Notes: generated from the sequence alone by a model not told the origin. Shown: positions 26,315 through 40,982, counted from the first letter of the stretch. The stretch: 64,000 nucleotides of DNA from Eledone cirrhosa (GCA_964016885.1 OZ024744.1:44082001-44146000); one strand, 5' to 3'. Made by a program: numbers and translations.

Positions 26315-27767
26315 TAGCATTAAAGCCCGGCGTTGCTCGGGTCATTAAGTTACCAAAGTTAGGTTGCACCACCCATTTTATGGCACCACTTTTTTGTCTG
26401 CCAGGCACTGGGTGAATGAATTGCAGACCTGGAAGCAGGAGCTGCGCCAGCAGTGACAATTGTAGTTTCGCCTATGGATATTATCTCTGTGCAAAAAAGT
26501 GTTGAAATTTATTGTTTCACAGTACTTGCGCAACACGCGCGTAGACGATGCCGGCCGAACAACAGAGCTGCGATGGAGTTGTTCTGCATGGTTGTCTGTG
26601 TGTTTTCTAAATTTAAGACAGTAGGGAGGGTTGTGATATGAGTGAGAGTTAGCTGTTGTTTCTAGCAGGTTTAGTGACCTCATAGAGGATATGTGTTTTC
26701 TAAATTTAAGACAGTAGGGAGTGGTGTGATATGGGGGAGAGTTAGCTGCTGTTTCTAACAGGTTTAGTGACCTCATAGAAGATATGTTTTCTAAATTTAA
26801 GACAGTAGGGAGGGGTGTGATATGGGGGAGAGTTAGCTGCTGTTTCTAGCAGGTTTAGTAACCTCATAGAGGATATGTGTTTTCTAAATTTAAGACAATA
26901 GGGAGTGGTGTGATATGGGTGAGAGTTAGCTGCTGTTTCTAGCAGGTTTAGTGACCTCATAGAAGATATGTTTTCTAAATTTAAGACAGTAGGTAGGGGT
27001 GTGGTATGGGGGAGAGTTAGCTGCTGTTTCTAGCAGGTTTAGTGACCTCATAGAGGATATTATTGTTTATCATTATCTATAAAAGGCAGATTGTTGTTGT
27101 TGTTGTTGAAGTGAGTGTGTGTTTGTATGCGTTTGGAAAAGAGGTTTTAAAAAGGATTTATCGCTTGTTGTTGAATAAATGTATCTGTTGCTTTTGAATA
27201 ATTGTCGTTTCGTATGAAATGTAATAATTCGTATGAAATGTAATAATTGTTTCTACTTTTTTGGCACAAGGCCAGCAATTACCCAGTACATTACTGGTAC
27301 TTTATGTAATAATAAACGTTCTCTCTCCCTCTCTTTAAATGTTTTTTTATCATTTGAAGTGAGTGTGTGTTTGTATGCGTTTGGAAATAAATCAGTAAGT
27401 TTGAAGTATAAAAGAGAAAGTAGCAAAATGTGTGGGTTGTAGATAGAGTTAGCAGATGATATGAGAGAGTAAAACGGACAGTATCACCATCAAGCTTGGA
27501 AAGAGAAAGTAGCAGAAAGTATGAAGTTGTATAGATTTTGAATGGTAGTGGAAAGAGTTTAGCAGTTTAAATGACAGAAAAATCGTAAAATATTGAGTTT
27601 TATCTATTTTTTGCGTAATTGTGGATGAAATTGAAAAAATTAGATGTGCCAAGACGCAATCGATGCTATTTCGAATACTGAATTGTAAATTTCAATTGAA
27701 GAAATTCTATATCGTAGATTTCTATAAGAAAGGAGCATGACCACACACTGAGCTTTATAGATTATGA
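26314..27767 (-). mobile_element. Non-autonomous Helitron
   Basis: 3' end has the hairpin CCCGAGCAACGCCGGG followed by CTAG|T at 26314. Candidate 5' end A|TCATAATCTATAAAGCT at about 27767. Confidence 0.6.
26600..27060. repeat. Tandem minisatellite of 5 units alternating about 93 and 91 bp
   Basis: TTTCTAAATTTAAGACA recurs at about 26604, 26697, 26788, 26881 and 26972. Confidence 0.9.
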
Positions 27768-27956
27768 TAACGAAGGAAATGTGGTAAGGAACCAGATGGA
27801 CCATAACGCACCAAAGTACTCAATACTTAGGGTAGTAGAGTGGGTAACAGGAACGAGTGGGTAATAAGAACGAGTGGGACCCCGACGGCATATTTTTTAG
27901 TCCAGAATTAGCCGTCGAAACGGCTTGAGCTCAGCCGTCGGGATCCCACTCGTTCC

Positions 27957-28566
<610 letters not shown>

Positions 28567-29239
28567 AATATAAATTTAGCGAGAATCGCATTTCGGCGGG
28601 TAGAAATTAGCGAAACACAACTTCCGTATTGTGTAGACAAGCGCTCCATGGATATGAAGATATCAAAGCTATAAACATAAGTTAAAAAGGTCATACAAAC
28701 TGAGACGATGCTTAAGAAGCAATTAACCACTAGAACCAAAAAAGCGAACAAGCTAAACGGGTCAAACAAAATAATATATGATTGAAATAGTTACCCGGAC
28801 CCTCGGGGAAGATGGAATACTCCGAATTTGGGTTTCTGCAACACCTAAATCAATAATACTGTCTGCTTATAAAAAATAAGTTTTTGGTATAATGATCGAA
28901 CAAGGCATCACTTTCTCAACAGGTTTTTGTTCTTCGTGCGCCTGAATCTCACAGGTTATGAAAGCACATGTGAGGTTCTAAGGGGAGAAAACCCCTATTT
29001 TGGCCAGTGAATTCAGCATGTGTAGTTATTGCAAACATTTGCAAAAACCGCACAAAACGAATAAAGCTCTGGACCGAGTTGTTTTTAAAATAAACTTAAG
29101 CGATTAATCAGTCAATATAATTAACTAAAAAGCAAAAAAATATTAACTGGTTAATATTTATATATATATATATATATAAAATATTTAAAAAATAATGAAT
29201 AAACAAAGAAACAGTTCCTTATATTAAACAAAAAAAGTT

Positions 29240-29378
29240 CATTATTTTACGATCGCTTCTAGGACATATATGTGTTAGAATTGGTATGCATATTCAAAAG
29301 ATCTATGTACAAAATTATACAAACTATCAAAGAGAATATACATACCTTCACATATATATGCTGTCTTCAGAAATAATG
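29240..29378 (-). ncRNA. Hammerhead with stem II of about 100 nt; GAAA changed to GAAG
   Basis: Reverse complement of 35762-35900, on the sense strand of the PLE 3' end. Confidence 0.7.
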
Positions 29379-29625
29379 ATGCATATTTATTGATAATAAC
29401 TACAATTCAAAATTACAGGTCTGTTTGGGAACAGATTTTAAATAGACCAATGAAATACATAAAAATCCATCAAGAAAATACAGTTAGGTGTGTGTATATA
29501 TGTATGTAAATCCGTTCACAGATGTGCATAACAATGTATGTACATATGTATACGTATGTTGAAAAAGTGTATGTAAATATAAAAATTTAGGGCTAATGTA
29601 TCTGTATGTTTACAATCTACAGACA

Positions 29626-29668
<43 letters not shown>

Positions 29669-29687
29669 TATACATACATGCATACAC

Positions 29688-29730
<43 letters not shown>

Positions 29731-30250
29731 CATATACATACATACACATATATACACACACACACACACACACATACGTATATATTATTATTATAACTAT
29801 ATGGATATTGAGGCGCTCACATAAACAAGCCCACACACACTTACATTTAGATGCAGAAGTAAAGGAGGTAAGGGAGTAAGTAATTAAAGCAAAGTGTCAA
29901 TCTCGACATACTTATAAAAATGTATCCATAAAGTTAGAAATAAAAAAAAATTTTTATAGAAGGAAAAAAACTCAAAAAAAAGGGGGAACAAAAAATTAGG
30001 GGGGGGGGGGGGTACGTACATACACAGACGCGAATGTCTCACAAAAGAAATATAAAAAAACATAAAGAAACATAAAAGACAGACATAAAATATACATGCT
30101 TATATACATACGCACATTTACACATCCATACGTTCGATACATACATACGTACAAACACACACATACACATACTTAACCTCACGCATATTAACCTGTTTGT
30201 ATGCATATACATAAAAATAAGTAAAACATATACCCATACATATAAATACA

Positions 30251-30354
<104 letters not shown>

Positions 30355-30526
30355 TATATACATATATATACACACACATATATATACATATATACATATA
30401 TATATATATATACATATACATACATATATATATATATACACATACACACACACACATACCCATGTATATATACACAACCACACACACACAACACACTCAG
30501 ACATACATATATATAGAGACATACAT

Positions 30527-30559
<33 letters not shown>

Positions 30560-31139
30560 AATACACTCAGTCAGACACATATGCACATATATACACATAC
30601 ATACACACATCTCTACAAATACATATACATACACATACATACATACACATATATATACATATATATATATATATACACTCATACACACACATTTACATGC
30701 GCACATATGTATTTTTATACTCACATACAAACACACAAACATACATACACACTTACATACACATACATACATCCATGCTTACAAATACAAATAATTATTG
30801 GGGGGGGGGATTAAAATTATTAGTGGGAAATAGTAAATATATAGGTTTCAAGGAACATAGAATATTAATCTGCAGTTAAATCATTATATGTGTTTACATA
30901 GTATACACACATATATACATGCGCACATATGTATTTTTATACACACATACAAACACACAAACATACATACACACTTACATACACATCCATACATCCACGC
31001 TTACAAATACAAATAATTATTGGGGGGGGGGGGATTAACATTATTAGTGGGAAATAGTAAATATATAGGTTTCAAGGAACATAGAATATTAATCTGCAGT
31101 TAAATTATAATATGTGTTTACATAGTTGTATCAGTTTTA

Positions 31140-32090
31140 GGAAATGGTATTTGTAAGAAAGAAGGCTAAATTATGTATTTTAATATAAGTAGAATATTAA
31201 TTATAGGTTAACTAAAATAAAAATAGTTAATATATTAATTTCTAAGGTGTATACTACTTAGGTTTATAATATTTAAAGCGGAATTTTGAAGTTAAACAGT
31301 AGTAGAGTATTAATTATAGCATAACTAAATTAAAAATAATAACATGATGGTATCAATTTTAGGAAATGAATTTTGTAATAGGGAAAGCCAAATTAAGTAT
31401 TTCATCGGTAGTAGAATATTAATTATAGGTTAACTAAATTAAAAATTATATATTAATTTCTATAGTATATGTTAATTAGGTTTATAATAATTAAAGCAAA
31501 ATTTTGTATTTTATCTATAGTAGAATTTTAATTATAGGTTAACTAAATTAAAATTAATCTATATATTAATTTGTAAAGTGTATATTAATTAGGTATATAT
31601 TTAAAAGTTTTTCTCAGTTTATGATTACACGATATTCTGCAATCCATCTGTATTAGAATTTTTATTATAGGCTAACTAAATTAAAATTATAGGTTAACTA
31701 AATTTAAATTAATTTATATATTAATTTCTAAATTGTATATTAATTAGGTTTATAATATTAAAAAGTATTTCTCCGTTATTAATTACACGATATTTTGTTG
31801 TATTTCATCTGTAAAAGAATTTTAATAATAGGTTAAATAAACTAAAATTAATCTATATATTAATTTCCAAAGTATATATTAATTATGTTAATAATATTTA
31901 AATGTTTTTCATAGTTTATGATTATACGATATTTTTTAATTTCATCTGTAGTAGAATTTTAATTAAATTAAAATTATAGGTTAACTACATTAAAATTAAT
32001 TTATATATTAATTTCTAAAATATATATTATTAATTAGGTTTATAATATTTAAATGTTTTTCTCAGTTTATGATTACACGATATAATTAAT
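31140..32090. repeat. Degenerate 110-150 bp tandem array in the PLE 3' UTR, derived from the ORF terminus
   Basis: ATAGGTTAACTAAA and AATTAGGTTTATAATATTTAAA blocks recur about 7 times. Confidence 0.8.
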
Positions 32091-33973
32091 TCCTGTCGCT
32101 TATTTAATAGGATATCCTTAGATTTCATTATTTCAAATAGTTCTTGGGAACACAATCTACATTCATTTCTATTATTTTGATAAGGGGTGGCTCTTTTGAG
32201 CACACTCCAGGTCATATCATATTCTATATTCTTATTTCTATAACTATTAATTTTTTCTGCTAGAGATGTTGTATTAGCCAGTGCGGCATTTTTAAAACTA
32301 TGTTTGTGGGTATTAAACCTTACCTTAAAATTGTTAGAAGTAGCTCCTATATATGAGCAAATAGAATCCTTAGTTTTAACTTTACATTTATAAACTATGT
32401 TGTTAACAAGACAATTTCCTTTTAATGGGCAGTTTGCCTTGTTTCTACAGTTACAACCTTTCGTTAATTCTGTATTTGAGGAGATATTATGGTTAGTTTG
32501 ATGTATTGGTGGTATACTTATGGTTTTTTTACATTTATATGCATTATAGGCACTTATATTTTGTTTTATGTTTCGGGTTGTTGAGTATGAGAATTTAACT
32601 GTTGATCTATTTAAGATTTGATGGTATTTGTGGTTTGGCGGGAAGTTTTTCTCTAGGATATTAAACATTTTTTTAGGTATATTATCCTTAATTTGTAAAT
32701 TAAATGGAGCATTATACCAAGTAACTCGTCTATTACGGTTTCTATGTTGTTTATTGTTTTTATAGGATGCATCCTGATGTTTACTAGGAGGATTAATGTT
32801 AATGACCTCACCACGCACATTTTTAGTTAGATTTATTGATTTAGGTGTTTTAGCTTGTTTATTAGGAGTTTTATTATTAACATTTATTAGAGTTGTATGA
32901 TGAGTAGTTTTTTGAGAGTTACTATACTTTATATTAGAGGAGTTAGAGAAATTTGGTTTTATGTTGGTATTTTGGGGTATAGTGTGAGTGGCATTTAGGT
33001 GTGTACTTTTCATTTGGTGTTTGTTGGTAATATTAGGTTGTATGTTTATAGTGTTATTAGTAGAAGGTATATATTCCAATCTATTTTTGTGGCCACTTCT
33101 ATCTAGAGCTTCGTTATAGAAGGTCGCATTTTTATCAAATACATCTTGGTTAGACAAAAGGTTAGAAATTCTAAGTGATATATTATATGCAAGGTTTTTA
33201 AGGATAGATTTAGGGTGATTAGATTGTGAGTGTATGTAGTGTAAGTTTTGGTTGGGTTTATGGTAAGGTTGGTAGATACCCGTAGCCAAGTCTAAAGTTA
33301 TATCTAGGAAATTAACTACTTTACTTGTGTTTTCAAAAGTAATATGAAGACTATAATAGTCTTTAAGGAAAGTTCTAATAAGCTTTTTGTTTTTTTCTAT
33401 TCCTGAGAGGCTAAGGTTGTTAGAAAGAAGAAGACAGTCATCACGATATAAACCACCTTTAAGGTGGGGAAAGGAAGCATTTATGTTAAAAAGAAGAAAG
33501 AGGCCCACAAGATCAGTAATTTGGGCAGAATCGCTTGAACCCATAGTAATATCAAATAGATTACTATATGTGTTTCTGGTCCAGTATTCATTCTGAAATT
33601 CAATAAGTGTTAGTCTATCATGTGTAATAATATTAATGTCATCCAAAGTTAAGTTAGATCTATTTTTAGCAAATATCAAAGCTTTGTTCAGGAGTATAGG
33701 TGATATAGAAGAATAGTAATTATCTATATCAAATTGTAGAAATGAAGCAGAAGATTTACATCTAATATTATTAAACCAGTTAATTACCTGGGAAGTGTTT
33801 TCCCAGAGTGGTAAATTAACATGTTTTCTTATTTGTGGGATGACTCTATCCAAACTTTTTTGGCTAATTATTCCAATATCCGATTTGGAGGGACATATAA
33901 GTCTTATAGAAGGATTTGAGTTAAAGTTTGATTTATGATCTTTCAGGTTGAAGTGTGGTCTTTTCAATGCCAA
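32030..33973 (-). CDS. PLE reverse transcriptase and GIY-YIG endonuclease, 647 aa uninterrupted, 5'-truncated
   Basis: FLQFDIDNYYSSI, TMGSSDSAQITDLVG, GLYRDDCL, GCNCRNKANCPLKGNC, SYIGATSNNFKVRFNTH and CRLCSQE. Confidence 0.92.
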   Translation of the reverse strand: MALKRPHFNLKDHKSNFNSNPSIRLICPSKSDIGIISQKSLDRVIPQIRKHVNLPLWENTSQVINWFNNIRCKSSASFLQFDIDNYYSSISPILLNKALIFAKNRSNLTLDDINIITHDRLTLIEFQNEYWTRNTYSNLFDITMGSSDSAQITDLVGLFLLFNINASFPHLKGGLYRDDCLLLSNNLSLSGIEKNKKLIRTFLKDYYSLHITFENTSKVVNFLDITLDLATGIYQPYHKPNQNLHYIHSQSNHPKSILKNLAYNISLRISNLLSNQDVFDKNATFYNEALDRSGHKNRLEYIPSTNNTINIQPNITNKHQMKSTHLNATHTIPQNTNIKPNFSNSSNIKYSNSQKTTHHTTLINVNNKTPNKQAKTPKSINLTKNVRGEVININPPSKHQDASYKNNKQHRNRNRRVTWYNAPFNLQIKDNIPKKMFNILEKNFPPNHKYHQILNRSTVKFSYSTTRNIKQNISAYNAYKCKKTISIPPIHQTNHNISSNTELTKGCNCRNKANCPLKGNCLVNNIVYKCKVKTKDSICSYIGATSNNFKVRFNTHKHSFKNAALANTTSLAEKINSYRNKNIEYDMTWSVLKRATPYQNNRNECRLCSQELFEIMKSKDILLNKRQELIISCNHKLRKTFKYYKPN

Positions 33974-34433
33974 AACTGATACAACTATGTAAACACATAT
34001 TATGATTTAACTGCAGATTAATATTCTATGTTCCTTGAAACCTATATATTTACTATTTCCCACTAATAATTTTAATCCCCCTCCCCCCCTCAATAATTAT
34101 TTGTATTTGTAAGCGTGGATGTATGGATGTGTATGTAAGTGTGTATGTATGTTTGTGTGTTTGTATGTGTGTATAAAAATACATATGTGCGCATGTATAT
34201 ATGTGTGTGTACTATGTAAACACATATAATGATTTAACTGCAGATTAATATTCTATGTTCCTTGAAACCTATATATTTCCTATTTCCCACTAATAATTTT
34301 AATCCCCCCCCCCCCAATAATTATTTGTATTTGTAAGCGTGGATGTATGTATGTGTATGTAAGTGTGTATGTATGTTTGTGTGTTTGTATGTGAGTATAA
34401 AAATACACATGTGCGCATGTAAATGTGTGTATG

Positions 34434-34489
<56 letters not shown>

Positions 34490-34492
34490 CAT

Positions 34493-34536
<44 letters not shown>

Positions 34537-34613
34537 ATGTATGTGTATGTATATGTATTTGTAGAGATGTGTGTATGTATGTGTATATATGTGCATATGT
34601 GTCTGACTGAGTG

Positions 34614-34706
<93 letters not shown>

Positions 34707-34793
34707 CTCTATATATATGTATGTCTGAGTGTGTTGTGTGTGTGTGGTTGTGTATATATACATGGGTATGTGTGTGTGTATGTGTATATATAT

Positions 34794-34825
<32 letters not shown>

Positions 34826-34866
34826 GTATATATGTATATATATGTGTGTGTATATATATGTATATA

Positions 34867-34920
<54 letters not shown>

Positions 34921-35388
34921 TGTATTTATATGTATGGGTATATGTTTTACTTATTTTTATGTATATGCATACAAACAGGTTAATATGCGTGAGGTTAAGT
35001 ATGTGTAAGTGTGTGTTTGTACGTATGTATGTATCGAACGTATGGATGTGTAAATGTGCGTATGTATATAAGCATGTATATTTTATGTCTCTCTTTTATG
35101 TTTTTTTATGTTTTTTATATTTCTTTTGTGAGACATTCGCGTCTGTGTATGTACGTACCCCCCCCTCCTATATTTTTGTTCCCCCTTTTTTTTGAGTTTT
35201 TTCCTTCTATAAAAATTTTTTTTTATTTCTAACTTTATGGATACATTTTTATAAGTATGTCGAGATTGACACTTTGCTTTAATTACTTACTCCCTTACCT
35301 CCTTTACTTCTGCATCTGAATGTAAGTGTGTGTGGGCTTGTTTATGTGAGCGCCTCAATATCCATATAGTTATAATAATAATATATAC

Positions 35389-35433
<45 letters not shown>

Positions 35434-35481
35434 TGTATGTATGTATATGTATGTATATGTATATGTATGTGTATGCATGTA

Positions 35482-35512
<31 letters not shown>

Positions 35513-35761
35513 TCTGTCTGTAGATTGTAAACATACACATACATTAGCCCTAAATTTTTATATTTACATACACTTTTTCAACATACGTATACATATGTAC
35601 ATACATTTTTATGCACATCTGTGAACGGATTTACATACATATATACACACACCTAACTGTATTTTCTTGATGAATTTTTATGTATTTCATTGGTCTATTT
35701 AAAATCTGTTCCCAAACAGACCTGTAATTTTGAATTGTAGTTATTATCAATAAATATGCAT

Positions 35762-35900
35762 CATTATTTCTGAAGACAGCATATATATGTGAAGGTATGT
35801 ATATTCTCTTTGATAGTTTGTATAATTTTGTACATAGATCTTTTGAATATGCATACCAATTCTAACACATATATGTCCTAGAAACGATCGTAAAATAATG
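35762..35900 (+). ncRNA. Type I hammerhead with stem II of about 100 nt and intact core
   Basis: cattattt CTGAAGA cagcatatatatgtg...cacatatatgtccta GAAA cgatcg TA aaataatg. Stem I is 8 bp and stem III is palindromic. Confidence 0.85.
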
Positions 35901-36095
35901 AACTTTTTTTGTTTAATATAAGGAACTGTTTCTTTGTTTATTCATTATTTTTTTAATATTTTATCTTGACTCTGTATTCCGTTTATCTTTCACCGAAAGT
36001 GATTTTTGAATGCATCTCTTCTTTTCATGATATCCGGATTACATTGAGTTCTTCATACGGATTGGACACTACCGTAAACTTTTGGTAGATTTATC

Positions 36096-36133
<38 letters not shown>

Positions 36134-36183
36134 TATACATATATATGCATATATATATTATGCATATATATATATATGTATAT

Positions 36184-38963
36184 TAGTGTGTGCCATAAAA
36201 AGCAATGTCATAATACTAATGTTCCCTGTGTATTTTCCCATTATAAATGCCCCAATTGGTAAAATAAAACATATTTTGTATAAAATAAATTCTTTTGAGG
36301 CTTGCCTATATCATGGTGTTTATAGTGTGTAGTGTGATTATGTTGCTTGAAATCATGAAAATGTGAAACCAAATATGACCATACAATAATTGTCTACTTT
36401 ACTAATCCATTATGTTTAGTAAACCAGCTTTGAATATAAAGGCGTACAAGGAAGAAACAAGTTCAGTTAAGTTAACTCCAGTCATACTTTTTCCAGAGTT
36501 TCTTTTTTGAGATCCGGAATCTTGCGATGATGAGCTTCGACTACTTGAACAACACACTGCTTCTCCTCCTCATTCTTGGTGATGCCAACAAAATCAGTTA
36601 TCAACTTGACTGCTCTCTCCGCCAGATCGTTGACTACCTTGATATTGTGAACAATAGCACCTTCATTTTGATATGACGCTTGTGATGACCACGTTGCAGG
36701 TGACAGCTCAAGCCAAGTATCGTAGAGACCAAGGAGATCGAACAGAAGCCTTGATTTCTTCCCAACTAGATGAGACAGCTTCGTGGACGACTTCAACTCG
36801 GGAAATACTGGAGCACCACGGTCGGGAGGCCCAGACGTTTTCGTTTTGACAAGACGTTGGGCTATTTGTTTCTTCTCGGACTCTTGGACCCGACTTGAAA
36901 ACAGCGCTAGCGGAATGGCTTCCTCTGTCAGGTAACAAAGATGCCTACTCAGAGCAGTAGTGGCTGCCTGTGAGAGATCTCTGTCAACCTTACTGTACTA
37001 TGTCAACTCCACGTAGAATTGAAGGTCATTGGATGGTGCATCAGCACACATGACTGCTGTCAGCCAGTATCGCACGTAGAACAGAGCAATGAACATACAT
37101 ATCCGGCGCAACTTTTCCATTTTAGCTTGATCGTAATTGAGTTGCTCACCAAATGCATACATCTTTGCACTATAGATGATTGTGGACATCTACCGAGCGT
37201 TATGATGTGCACCAGGCAGCATCCAATGAATTCCACGAGGAGGGGTGACACCAAGCAAGATCAACATCAACTCGGCACATTCTCGGTAGTCGTGGAAGAG
37301 AACTCATTTTCCCATCATCGGATGTCAGCAAATCTTGCAGGAACTTGATGTTCTCAGAACACAGACGCTTGAGTCTCCGGTCGACAATGGTCAATGTTTT
37401 AAAGTTGGTCTTGTCTGTGAGGGACACCCAATCCTTTTTGAACTCCTTGAACTCTGGGGTGTCTGGACTGGACATTGCTCCGAATATTTGTTGCCACACT
37501 GCACACAAGATACGCTCCATGACATGGTGCCGACAAGCAAAATAAAACACCTTTTTGTTGAGCATCTCTTCTAGTTTCACGCAGGCACCATTTTTCCATC
37601 CAGAATTCGAAGCAGTTCTGTCGAAGACCAAGCCCACCACAAACCCATCAACATTCCAATCTTTAACAATATCAAATGATGCTTTGGCTTGGGTGGTTCC
37701 AGTGCCATCAGGAATTATGGGAACACCGAGGAGTTTACCTTCTCTGAAGTCCGGAGTTCCAGCAACTAGCACACCTAGCCTCTCGTGGTCACCAGAAATT
37801 ATTTTGCCATCCAAATGCAAGGTAACAAAGTCTGGTACAGCAAATTGTTCCTTTATGTGTTCAGCCCTCACAGTTCTGATCTTCTTAGCTGCACGTCTGC
37901 TATTGAAAAGAGTTGTGGCGTCTATGTCAGTCCCACCCTCAGAAATAATCGATGCCATAAATGCTGTTCTCTGGACCAGTGTCAGGTTTAAACGATCAGC
38001 CATTAGAGAAAGTTTTGGATTTTGAAATGGATTCTTTGGGTGTTCCAGCTGAAGTTTTCGTTTCTTGTCTGACTTTGCGCTGTCTCTGGGTGGCTTTGAG
38101 GCCTGAACTTCAGGATCCTATTCATCTGCAGTTTCATCATTGGTTGAACTTCAATCACTCAGTTCATTACGTGGAAGTTGTGCTGCTGCAGATCCTGACA
38201 AACGCTTTCTATGGTTCTCTGACTCTCGACGAGCCACAGAAACCTGATCACGCTTAAACTTTGAAGATACCTTTTTCTGGTAACCCTTGTCTTCAGCACC
38301 CAGAGATACTTTTTTCTGGCAACGCAGGGCTTCGAGAAATGTAGCATCTTCCATTTTCTGTTCATTATTACGAAGAGGGTCTTTCAAAACTTTCTTTTCT
38401 GTATCAGTATGTGCAATGTAAAAATACGAATCCATTTCAGAAATAAATAGTGCTTCCTTTTCATTGTTTGACTTAGAACCTTTGTTTTTTTTGTAAATTT
38501 CTGTATTCACTGTACATGTTCATAATTTTCAGTTTCACTTTGTCTTTTCGTTGAGTCGCCACACCAGCTTTTCCCCACTGACTAACTACTTCCATCACAA
38601 GCCTATCCGCAATAGCACCATTGAAGCTCACATGTTTTTCGTGTTTCATAGGACCATCTTTCAGGTAGAAGAAATATCTTAGAACATCCCCCTTTCTTGG
38701 TATTTTGTTTGGTGAAAAGGCTGTAACATATTGCCCCAGGAGCCATGTTTTTCGATCATCACAACGGAGCGAGTAGCTACAACTAGGCCCACTGGTTTCC
38801 GTCATTATTCTGCCAATTTGCAACTATTAGGCGAGGCTTAAATTAGTCTGAAATAATCAAAATTACATTATAAATTGATAATATACAAAATTGTAGGAGA
38901 AAATGCCCAGGGAGCTAAGAAAAAGACACTTTTGTATATAATGTGGGATTCTGGAACGCCCTA
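36184..38963 (-). mobile_element. hAT superfamily (hATm-like) DNA transposon, full length
   Basis: Imperfect TIRs TAGTGTGTGCCATAA and TAGGGCGTTCCAGAA; 8-bp flanks ATGTATAT and ATATATAT; internal transposase. Confidence 0.75.
36482..38805 (-). pseudogene. Transposase, frameshifted
   Basis: LHLDGK, LVFDRTASNSG, ACRHH (CxxH) and VVNDLAERAVKL are spread over 5-6 ORF pieces. Confidence 0.85.
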
Positions 38964-39240
38964 ATATATATATATATATATTAATGGAAAAAATGAAATT
39001 TCATTTCTCACTCTTAATACGGCTGATACTTAAATATAAGTATGTATACGTACATACATATATGTATACAGACGTACAGTAGTATGTATATAATACATAC
39101 ATGCACACATATATATATGTACGTATGGGTTTACCGAACATTTATTATAATGTTCGGTTTGTTTGTAAACAAACAGCCCGAATTAAGCCGTACAATGTTC
39201 GGCAACCATCGTTGCTCATTTGTTCAACACTGAAAAAGGA

Positions 39241-39283
39241 ACGATGAACTAGTTTCTAGCTTCTTAGCTGTCATCAGCACCGT
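39241..39283 (-). ncRNA. Minimal type I hammerhead
   Basis: Reverse complement of 39581-39623. Confidence 0.85.
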
Positions 39284-39580
39284 ATACCTTCCTGTCAATC
39301 GATTGAAGTTTGAAAGTATATACTTTCATTATGCATATTAACGGCTGAGCAGCCTAATTTGCATATCGAGTGAATTAGTCGGCCAGGTGCACCGAAAACG
39401 ATAAATGGAAAAAATGAAATTTCATTTCTCACTCTTAGTACGGCTGTTACTTAAATATAAGTATGTATTCGTACATACATATATGTATACAGACGTATAG
39501 CAGTATGTATATACATACATGCACACATATATATATGTACGTATGGGTTTCAAACGTTCAATCGATTGACAGGAAGTTAT

Positions 39581-39623
39581 ACGGTGCTGATGACAGCTAA
39601 GAAGCTAGAAACTAGTTCATCGT
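39581..39623 (+). ncRNA. Minimal type I hammerhead
   Basis: acggtg CTGATGA c agct-aaga-agct a GAAA ctag TT catcgt. Confidence 0.88.
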
Positions 39624-39823
39624 TCCTTTGTCAGTGTTGAACAGAAGGGCAACGATGGTTGCCGAACACTGTACGGCTTAATTCGGGCTGTTTGTTTACA
39701 AACAAACCGAGCATTATAATAAATGTTCGGTAAACCCATACGTACATTAATATATGTGTGCATGTATGTATTATATACATACTACTGTATGTCTGTATAC
39801 ATATATGTATGTACTTATACATA

Positions 39824-39975
<152 letters not shown>

Positions 39976-40639
39976 ATCAAAGATTAATATGGTTCTTTGA
40001 TTACTCAACGAATACAATATTACAATAGATTAGAAGCACTCAACATTGTAATGGAATCATTTCATTAAGGGTCTTTTTATCCTATGCTTTGATTAGGATA
40101 GTTTAATATTTAATTAGGCATCAATTACGATATATACAATAGATAATTTAAGGCTTTTAAAATATCGCCGGACGTGAAAGTAACCATTCCCTATAAACTA
40201 TAAAAACTTGTATATCGTGAATGAGTTATCTTCCTTTTGTTTACATTGTCCGTAAACATTTCTTTTTGACTAACTTGATAAAACATATTAAATATGAAAT
40301 ATGAAATTTAATAATACATAGACTATCATTAAAAGGAAACTATATATCAGAATAATTAAATACAGAAGTAAATATAACCATTCATTAAATGATATAAAAT
40401 TATAGAGAGTAAATATAACCAGAGTTGGACTCTAAGAAATAAATGAAAATTAAGAATAACAAAGCTTTCATAAAGCGAATTTTTAAAATTAATTTGGATA
40501 ATAAATGAACAAAATATATTATATGTATTGATGGTAATATATGCATGGTATTATATTTTATTATATTTTAGGTGAATTGGCAGTATCAGTAGAGGGTTGG
40601 CCACCATGATTTGACACATAGAGTTACGGCTCTTGCCAC

Positions 40640-40675
<36 letters not shown>

Positions 40676-40982
40676 AAAGTTTGTCCTTCATCAGTGATCT
40701 TCCAACCATCATAGGCATTTCATCGCTTTAAAGACCATATACCTCCGGTTGGTGCGAGCAACGGCTAAAAAAAAGTCGTTGGGACACGTAAATAAAGGGG
40801 ACGCGAGGGTAAGCAAACAAAATGGTGAAGCAACAGAAAGTGAGGAAGAAAGAGACAAGTCCCAGATTTCTATGAATTTAAATTCGGTGAAATCTTGAAC
40901 GAGAGAATAAAGACCATCAAACCTGGTTGAAATGTGAGCAAGGAAGGAATTTCGCACAGGTCTAACGGGAGGAAGAAGGGGT

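Noticed and set aside
26600-27060. CRISPR-like regular repeats
   Set aside because: The units are contiguous with no unique spacers, there are no cas genes, and the context is eukaryotic.
40680-40700. CTGATGA on the - strand (also at about 10640)
   Set aside because: It is truncated or lacks stems, so it cannot be called a hammerhead.
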